NCBI GenBank assembly: GCA_045658185.1
Contig: JAZOUQ010000145.1
Location: forward strand, 1-51,246
Origin: Eubacteriales bacterium
GTDB taxonomy: Bacteria > Bacillota > Clostridia > Oscillospirales > CAG-272
Reading direction: 5' to 3'
Length of the DNA stretch: 51,246 nucleotides
Shown: in pieces, positions 45,361 to 51,246 of the stretch
Layout: the number at the start of each line of letters is the position of its first letter
How positions within the stretch are numbered: the stretch's first letter is position 1
Position numbers and translations under genes: made by a program
The notes under the pieces: model-generated
What the model saw: only the letters and a program-made list of their open reading frames with translations
Databases searched by the model: none
What the model was told of the DNA's origin: nothing

Positions 45361-48300
45361 ATGTACTATCAGAACGACTCGGACGAAACTTTGGTAATGC
45401 TTACACTTGCAGGTGAGCAATCTGCATATGAAGTTTTGGTAACAAAATATCAAAGTGCAGTAATTGCTTCCGCAGTATCGGTGACACAGAACCGATTTAT
45501 GGCTGAGGATGCCGCACAGGATGCTTTCGTTACGGCTTGGATGAAGCTCAATACTCTGCAAGATCCCTCCAAATATGGCTCTTGGGTATGTCGTATAGCC
45601 AAGAACTGTGCTTTGAATATGATAAACAGATATCGCAGCTTTCTTCCTCTTGACGTAGTAGATAACTTGGAAGCTTACAGTGACAGATCGCAAAATCCCG
45701 CAGAGTTTTATGCACTGTCCGAAGAGCGAAACGAAGTAAACAAGAGCATTGAGATGTTGCCCGAAAAGGTACGGCAGATCATTCATCTGCATTATTTTGA
45801 GGACCTTTCCATTGCGGAGATCGCAGACCGTATGCGAATTTCCGAAGGAACGGTCAAGTGGCAGCTTCACGATGGAAGAAAACGAATCAGAAAGGAACTT
45901 TGCGCTATGAATGAAAAGTATAGTGATACACTCGTTATGCGTGTTATGAAAAAGGTTGAGGAACTTAAATTATGGCAGGTCAAGAACAATAAGACAGGCT
46001 TTGAGAAGGTATATAAGGAAGTACTTCGAGAGGTGGAAGAGCTTCCCGAGTGTACTCAAAAGCAGCACGCCCTTGCCGATGTGCTTATGCGTGGCTGGTG
46101 GTGGCTGCCCGGCAAAAAGAACGACGCTATGTTTGCACGTATAGTCAATGCCGCTATGGAGAGTAAAAACGAGGAGGTTATGACCTTTATCGTTACCCGT
46201 GAGGATTCAAAGGTATATGGCGGTGCGAAAATAGATTTTATTCGTGAGAAGCAGATTCCCCGACTTGAAAAGGCGGGCTTTGTAAAAACTCTCGGACGGG
46301 AGTGGTTCTGGCTTGGATATTATTTGTTTGAGGAGGGCAAAACAGAGGAGGGAAATGCCGCCTTTGCTAAGGTGGAAGAGATACTCGAAAGCGGCGACGA
46401 CTACCGTATTCTTGTCCCCTATGCAAAAATGATGGAAGAACAGCTGTCTACCCGCTATAAAGAAACGGCAAAAGAACGGTTTATTATTGGCGGTTCTGCC
46501 GATGAATATCGCATAATTGACGGTCAGCCTCGCGCTTGGAAGGATAACGGCTTTAGTGAGGGATGGCTTGGCTCCATTGACAGAAGGGGACAGAATATAT
46601 TCCGAAACGCATCTTGCTGCGACGGTTATTTCTTTGCTGACTTATCTCTCGGTGAATCTTTTATAGGATCCGACGGAACAAAGCTTACTTACGTATCAAA
46701 TAACGAAGAAGTGGAAACACCTGCAGGTAAATTCGATAACTGTCAGCTTTGGGAAATAAGACGGTGGACGGATACACAAAAAATAGTATGCCGAAGCTAC
46801 TACAAGGACGGTATTGGTATAGTCCGTCAAGATCATATAACCGACGGTGTGAGTGACGTCCATCTGCTATCCGCCTACGACGTCAAGGGTGGAAGCGGTC
46901 TTCTCCCGTTTTATAAGGGTAATATCTGGGAATATGCTACCCAATATCCCTCCGATATACTCTCTGCCGAATTGAAGATAACCGTTTCCTTTGCCGATGA
47001 TGAGAAGGTTGTGCTTTCCCGTTGGACAAATATTGAACGAATCGGATACGACCAAAGCTCCTGGTCGGATACGGTACAAGAGATTGCAAATGAGTATGCT
47101 CACAGCAAAAAGGACGGATCGTATATATGCGACGTTTATCCTGCTATCGAGCGTGCCGAGCGACTTGCCGTAACGCCTATGGAAAAAGCGCATACGAAAG
47201 CTGCGGCATCGGTGGCGAGAAGAATATTGGCTACGGATACCACCTTCAATCCCGATCATACGGCCACGGGACATTGGAATTTCTTTTGTAGGGAATATAT
47301 TCGTAAAAAATCGGATTCTCTTTATCTTACCGATTACAATTCTCGTTGGAGCTTTGAGTGGAAGTGTACGGGGGTTATGCCCGGTGCGGAACCCCCCATT
47401 CTTTACAATGATATCTTGGGAATATTGCAGGATGCCACAAACTGCGTTTGGTCGGACGAATGGCGTATCGGTGCATCCCCAATCGTAGAATACACCAGGT
47501 ATTCAAACGATGTAAGAACTCAGATCACTTGTGAGGATGGCGGTACTGTCACAACTAAAGCAGGGACTTTTGAAAACTGCTTCAAGCTCTGTCTTGATAT
47601 TGACGGAATGACTGACGGATTGTCTTACCGAGGCGGCAAGAAGGTTTACTATTTTGCCGAGGGTATTGGTATCGTCCGTACCGAAAATGAGTATTTGGGC
47701 GGTTCAAGAACGGCGGTTTACGAGTTGACCTCTTATGAAGGTACAGGCGAAGGCTTTATGCCGCTTACTGACGGTCTTGTGCGTCGATATGATGCTCTTG
47801 AGCTTACCGACGGATTCGTTGGCTCGGTAGAATATACCTACGTAGCGGACGAGGACGGAGATATTGTCGTATTTGCAGATCTCACGGGTATTCGTGAGCT
47901 TCCGCCTCCAATTACACAGTACAGTGCTATTCAAGGCGAGATAATAGAGGATATGATATGGTCCAAAAAGGAATGGAACAAGGGACATATGAAAAACAGT
48001 GCAAACAATTTCCATCTCCTTCTTCATTTCCTTGCAAGACCCAGCAGAAATGCTTGGAATTCCAATAGAACCATTGAGATACAGGGTTTCTATATGAAGT
48101 TAATGGAAGTGCTGGGCGAGGACGGTCAGGTTCCTCCTGCTTGGTATGGACATTATGCCCGTACTGCACTTATAAGAGCGGCAGCATTGCTGTTCAGAGA
48201 AAGATATGATGAGGGATATGCTTCCCTTGAAACTGCAATGGCCTACTGTGAAAAGGTAGCATCATTCAAAAAGGGAGATCTTCTTGACACGGGAAATCAG

Positions 48301-48519
48301 TATCTCTTTGGCGGTGTTAAGTATGAATACGGTAATGGCGTGATTCTTCTTAAAGACGGCTCAAAAGAACCCGTTGCGTACGATTGGGAGTTGGAATTTA
48401 GTGGATCGAATCTCTATCGTTGCATTACCGCCCCCAGTGGTTGGGAATGGCTTAATCCCGTTCGTAACGATGAACGCTTTAAGGAATACGTTGACCGTGC
48501 CAGAAAGTTTGTTGATTAA
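45361..48519 (+). CDS. ECF-type sigma-70 factor fused to an ~860-aa uncharacterised soluble C-terminal extension
   Basis: ATG 45361 lies 5 nt after AAAGGAGAG. Region 2 reads EDAAQDAFVTAWMKL...WVCRIAKNCALNMINR. Region 4 reads LPEKVRQIIHLHYFEDLSIAEIADRMRISEGTVKWQLHDGRKRIRKEL. The same frame then runs uninterrupted for ~860 more codons with no obvious TM segment. Confidence 0.8.
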   Translation: MYYQNDSDETLVMLTLAGEQSAYEVLVTKYQSAVIASAVSVTQNRFMAEDAAQDAFVTAWMKLNTLQDPSKYGSWVCRIAKNCALNMINRYRSFLPLDVVDNLEAYSDRSQNPAEFYALSEERNEVNKSIEMLPEKVRQIIHLHYFEDLSIAEIADRMRISEGTVKWQLHDGRKRIRKELCAMNEKYSDTLVMRVMKKVEELKLWQVKNNKTGFEKVYKEVLREVEELPECTQKQHALADVLMRGWWWLPGKKNDAMFARIVNAAMESKNEEVMTFIVTREDSKVYGGAKIDFIREKQIPRLEKAGFVKTLGREWFWLGYYLFEEGKTEEGNAAFAKVEEILESGDDYRILVPYAKMMEEQLSTRYKETAKERFIIGGSADEYRIIDGQPRAWKDNGFSEGWLGSIDRRGQNIFRNASCCDGYFFADLSLGESFIGSDGTKLTYVSNNEEVETPAGKFDNCQLWEIRRWTDTQKIVCRSYYKDGIGIVRQDHITDGVSDVHLLSAYDVKGGSGLLPFYKGNIWEYATQYPSDILSAELKITVSFADDEKVVLSRWTNIERIGYDQSSWSDTVQEIANEYAHSKKDGSYICDVYPAIERAERLAVTPMEKAHTKAAASVARRILATDTTFNPDHTATGHWNFFCREYIRKKSDSLYLTDYNSRWSFEWKCTGVMPGAEPPILYNDILGILQDATNCVWSDEWRIGASPIVEYTRYSNDVRTQITCEDGGTVTTKAGTFENCFKLCLDIDGMTDGLSYRGGKKVYYFAEGIGIVRTENEYLGGSRTAVYELTSYEGTGEGFMPLTDGLVRRYDALELTDGFVGSVEYTYVADEDGDIVVFADLTGIRELPPPITQYSAIQGEIIEDMIWSKKEWNKGHMKNSANNFHLLLHFLARPSRNAWNSNRTIEIQGFYMKLMEVLGEDGQVPPAWYGHYARTALIRAAALLFRERYDEGYASLETAMAYCEKVASFKKGDLLDTGNQYLFGGVKYEYGNGVILLKDGSKEPVAYDWELEFSGSNLYRCITAPSGWEWLNPVRNDERFKEYVDRARKFVD

Positions 48520-48527
48520 AATAAACG

Positions 48528-48556
48528 CCGATAGCGACCTTTACGGTCGCTATCGG
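48528..48556. other. perfect 12-bp stem-loop without a + strand U-tract
   Basis: CCGATAGCGACC (48528-48539) / GGTCGCTATCGG (48545-48556), followed by AAAAGAAACG. It lies 17 nt upstream of the XRE gene ATG. Confidence 0.5.
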
Positions 48557-48572
48557 AAAAGAAACGTGCGTT

Positions 48573-48776
48573 ATGAATATAGGAAATAATATAAAACGAT
48601 TAAGACAACAAAATAATTTAACTCAAGCTCATCTTGCAGAAAAATTAGGTGTAAGCTTTCAAGCAGTTTCAAAATGGGAGAATAATCGAGGATCTCCTGA
48701 TATTCAGTTGATTCCACAAATAGCCGGTATTTTTGGAGTTTCTATTGATACGCTTTTTGTTGAGAATATAAAATAA
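48573..48776 (+). CDS. XRE-family helix-turn-helix transcriptional regulator (67 aa)
   Basis: IKRLRQQNNLTQAHLAEKLGVSFQAVSKWENNRGSPDIQLIPQIAGIFGVSIDTLF is a canonical Cro/C1 HTH. Confidence 0.85.
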   Translation: MNIGNNIKRLRQQNNLTQAHLAEKLGVSFQAVSKWENNRGSPDIQLIPQIAGIFGVSIDTLFVENIK

Positions 48777-48780
48777 AATT

Positions 48781-48812
48781 ACCGCTGAGATTTCTCTCGG
48801 CGGTGATTTTTT
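48781..48812. terminator. terminator hairpin between the convergent XRE and recombinase genes
   Basis: ACCGCTGAGA (48781-48790) / TCTCGGCGGT (48795-48804) with one G-U pair, followed by GATTTTTT. Confidence 0.75.
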
Positions 48813-49818
48813 AATCATCCACGCCGCCTTGACCCGAAAGGGGATTTTTAGTCATTGCTTCCTCCATACTTCGGTTGCTGACGTGTGTATATATTTGAGT
48901 AGTATTGAGCTGTTCGTGACCGAGAATGTCTTTAAGTACTCTCACGTCTACGTCACCCGTTTGATACATCAGCGTTGCGGCTGTGTGTCTGAGCTTGTGA
49001 ACGGAATAGTGCTTGGATTCAAGCCCAGCCATGTCCAAGTATTTATAAACCATCCATTGAACGGTCTTTACGCTCAAACGTTGCTCTCGATTGCTGATAA
49101 ACAAAGCATGGCTCATACAAGCCTTGTGCTTTTCTCCAAGACGCTCTTCGAGATGGTCAGCAAGAGCTGTGCGGCAAGCCTCATTGAGATAGATTATTCT
49201 TTGCTTGTTTCCTTTTCCCGTAACAGTCAGGGAACGAAGCTTTGCGTCAACGTCTTGAAGATTTATGCCTACAAGCTCGGAAACTCGCATTCCGCAGTTT
49301 AAGAAAAGCGTTACTATTGCGTAATCTCGAACGGTTGTTTTGGATTCCTTATCATTTTTTACTGCGTTGAGAAGATCCAGACTTTCTTCAAGCGTTAAAT
49401 ACTTAGGCAACGCTTTCTTTCTTTTGGGAGTTTCTATATCAATAGCGGGATTGGTATCAAGCAACATACGTTTTGTAACAAGATATTTGAAAAAGCCCTT
49501 TATAGAAGACAGCTTCCTTGATTTTGCGGCGGCAAGATTACCCCGCACGTTATCCGTATACATAAGAAATTCGTAAATATCGTCGGTAGAGATATTTTTG
49601 ATAAAATCAAGGTCGATATTTCGTATATCAATTTTTTCAAATTCCTCGGAATCGGTAGCGATATTTTCATCTCTTGCAATCAGAAATCTAAAAAAGACAC
49701 GTAAGTCAAGCAAATATTCCGATATCGTTTTTTCAGATGCATTTTGAATGACAGATTTGTATGACGCGAAATCTCTAACCAAGGGTGGCAGGGAATTGAG
49801 CGGAACGCTATATGCCAT
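48811..49818 (-). CDS. tyrosine recombinase, XerC/XerD family
   Basis: An N-terminal SAM-like domain (SEKTISEYLLDLRVFFRFL) precedes the catalytic R...HKLRHTAATLM...LGHEQLNTTQIYTHV. Confidence 0.85.
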   Translation of the reverse strand: MAYSVPLNSLPPLVRDFASYKSVIQNASEKTISEYLLDLRVFFRFLIARDENIATDSEEFEKIDIRNIDLDFIKNISTDDIYEFLMYTDNVRGNLAAAKSRKLSSIKGFFKYLVTKRMLLDTNPAIDIETPKRKKALPKYLTLEESLDLLNAVKNDKESKTTVRDYAIVTLFLNCGMRVSELVGINLQDVDAKLRSLTVTGKGNKQRIIYLNEACRTALADHLEERLGEKHKACMSHALFISNREQRLSVKTVQWMVYKYLDMAGLESKHYSVHKLRHTAATLMYQTGDVDVRVLKDILGHEQLNTTQIYTHVSNRSMEEAMTKNPLSGQGGVDD

Positions 49819-49885
49819 AGTTTCTCCTTTTATGTAGCAGAATTTATATTTTGATTGATAAAGTGTAAATTTTTGCGTGTGTGTA

Positions 49886-49914
49886 TTGAAAAAAATCTTA
49901 ATATTGTTTATAAT
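49886..49914 (+). promoter_or_regulatory. sigma-A-type promoter
   Basis: TTGAAA (49886-49891), 17-nt spacer, TATAAT (49909-49914). Confidence 0.5.
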
Positions 49915-49953
49915 TAATCCGTAATCCTTTATATCGTACTACGGAGGTTTGTC

Positions 49954-50532
49954 GTGAAAGCGTTTTTTAGCAACTATTCATATAGTATTATAAAGATGTT
50001 CGTAAATCAGTTTGCAATTTCTATATTCGGTGCAGTATTATCTATGGCTACCGATGCATCTGGAAGCAGGGGACTGACTATTTTTGTTAGTTGCTTTGCA
50101 ATTCTGTTCTATCTTTTCCTCATATACACCTTAATGTGGGAGGTGGGTGCTAAAGATAGAATACACGTTGATATGGGAAAAATGAAGAAACACCCTCATA
50201 CAGGGTTGGTTATGTCACTTATCGCGAATGTACCTAACTTTATCATAGCAATTATGTTTACCGTTGCATCCCCCTTCATGGCAACCGTAACTTGGGCAGG
50301 GAACTTGGCGGCAATAGCTTCGACCATAACCGTATTTATTCAGGGAATGTTCCTTGGCTGTATCACTTCGTTTTCCATCGGTGATGTGCTTCTGAATAGA
50401 TTCTGGTGGACTTATTTCCTGATCATCATTCCCGCATTGATCACGTCTTGGATAGCTTACTACGTTGGATACAGAGAGTTCCGACTGTTTGCTACTCTTA
50501 CCGGAAAAGGAAAGTCTAATAACAAGAAATAA
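49954..50532 (+). CDS. uncharacterised integral membrane protein
   Basis: GTG start after ACGGAGG. About five hydrophobic segments are visible. I recognise no family. Confidence 0.5.
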   Translation: MKAFFSNYSYSIIKMFVNQFAISIFGAVLSMATDASGSRGLTIFVSCFAILFYLFLIYTLMWEVGAKDRIHVDMGKMKKHPHTGLVMSLIANVPNFIIAIMFTVASPFMATVTWAGNLAAIASTITVFIQGMFLGCITSFSIGDVLLNRFWWTYFLIIIPALITSWIAYYVGYREFRLFATLTGKGKSNNKK

Positions 50533-50536
50533 TATC

Positions 50537-50567
50537 TCCCCCTCGCTTTTGAGCGAGGGGATTTTTT
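50537..50567 (+). terminator. rho-independent terminator
   Basis: TCCCCCTCGCT (50537-50547) / AGCGAGGGGA (50552-50561), followed by TTTTTT. Confidence 0.8.
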
Positions 50568-51246
50568 ATTGATAGAATCTTTTTGAAACGTTTTTATTTT
50601 TACGTTTTGATTTTCTTGAATTTACTATATTTAAGCGACTGTATATCAATAACCCAACAGTAGAAAAGCATACCGATAAAATAAAAAATCTTCCTGTAAA
50701 AAAGCCTTTAAGATTATCTAAAACGATCAATAGATTACTTGCTTCAACGCCGTCCTCGGTCATAAGAAAAGCATTTCCTATAACCTCTCCGTTATATAAA
50801 ATATCCACGCCGCCAACAATAATACCTTGTTCAACGGGAGCCGCTAAAGGCTCTGTATAAAAATACGGTCTGTATTCAAGCTTATTTTCAAGATCGACGT
50901 CATTGTGTGTCAGAGTAAATACGTCGTTCATTATGATGCATCTGACGACCGCGTCTTTTTTGTTTTCGGGAAGGGCGAATTTTGTATTTATAGTGCAAAT
51001 GAATTTATTCTTTTCGGCTATTTGAACGTAAGAATAGTTATCAAATGCATAATCAAGTAGTGCGTTGACAATAGTGTAAGAGTAAATTTCGTCACTATCA
51101 CCCTTGGCGTTCATCGCACCGCACAAGTATCCCGTACCATTTATCTCGGAATACGTTACAGTACAGTATCCACCTAATGACGTATTTCCCGAAATAAGTC
51201 CGTATGCATTTAAATTTCTGTATCCCAAAGCATAAAAATTGCTTAT
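50566..51246 (-). CDS. serine-type D-Ala-D-Ala carboxypeptidase, C-terminal part (5' end beyond window end)
   Basis: The frame stays open to the window edge. A KTG-like region (SGNTSLGGYC) is followed by a PBP5-C-like beta domain (LAAPVEQGIIVGGVDILYNGEVIG) and a C-terminal membrane anchor plus basic tail. Confidence 0.7.
   Translation of the reverse strand: MSNFYALGYRNLNAYGLISGNTSLGGYCTVTYSEINGTGYLCGAMNAKGDSDEIYSYTIVNALLDYAFDNYSYVQIAEKNKFICTINTKFALPENKKDAVVRCIIMNDVFTLTHNDVDLENKLEYRPYFYTEPLAAPVEQGIIVGGVDILYNGEVIGNAFLMTEDGVEASNLLIVLDNLKGFFTGRFFILSVCFSTVGLLIYSRLNIVNSRKSKRKNKNVSKRFYQ

Noticed and set aside
48573-49818. The XRE regulator plus tyrosine recombinase as the edge of a prophage or integrative element.
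   Set aside because: There is no adjacent tRNA or att-like direct repeats, no phage or conjugation genes, and both flanks are housekeeping (spoIVA, dac). The recombinase has the XerC/XerD-type N-terminal and catalytic layout. It is most simply the chromosomal dimer-resolution recombinase or a lone paralogue.
1-51246. Search for CRISPR arrays, rRNA/tRNA genes, riboswitch-sized leaders, IS elements or classical defence genes.
   Set aside because: No regularly spaced repeats are present. No intergenic region exceeds ~270 nt, and none shows cloverleaf or known riboswitch features by eye. No transposase, restriction-modification, Cas, abortive-infection or similar motifs appear in any frame I examined.

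Overview
This window looks like a chromosomal segment of a low-GC, spore-forming Firmicute of the Clostridia type. That inference rests on spoIVA, addAB, Bacillus-like miaB-ymcA-mutS-mutL synteny, sigma-A-type promoters and strong GGAGG ribosome-binding sites. About 45 protein genes are tightly packed, and most are housekeeping. They cover DNA repair (addB-addA, mutS-mutL, uvrC), acetate kinase, an EF-G paralogue and hom. RNA-modification genes are unusually dense: tmcAL, a TrmN6-like methyltransferase, a TtcA-like thiolase, miaB, tgt, rimM, trmD, rsmD and an RlmA-like gene. I saw no rRNA, tRNA, CRISPR array or transposase.

The less ordinary parts are:
1. A 1,052-aa protein (45361-48519) in which a complete ECF-type sigma factor is fused to an ~860-residue, apparently soluble extension containing an internally duplicated module. 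A tiny XRE regulator follows it.
2. An AT-rich ~1.9 kb islet (4864-6815). It carries an orphan RHS-core C-terminus joined to an unrecognisable toxin-like domain, plus a membrane protein that may be its immunity partner.
3. A TtcA-family tRNA thiolase gene broken by a single in-frame TAG at a conserved Tyr position.
4. A short RBS-led ORF upstream of a two-component operon, interrupted by two in-frame stop codons.
5. rimM-trmD detached from the ribosomal-protein operon and fused to an O-antigen-ligase-like gene plus two DUF4330 paralogues.
6. A leaderless DUF11 repeat protein.

All family calls come from reading motifs by eye. No database search was possible.
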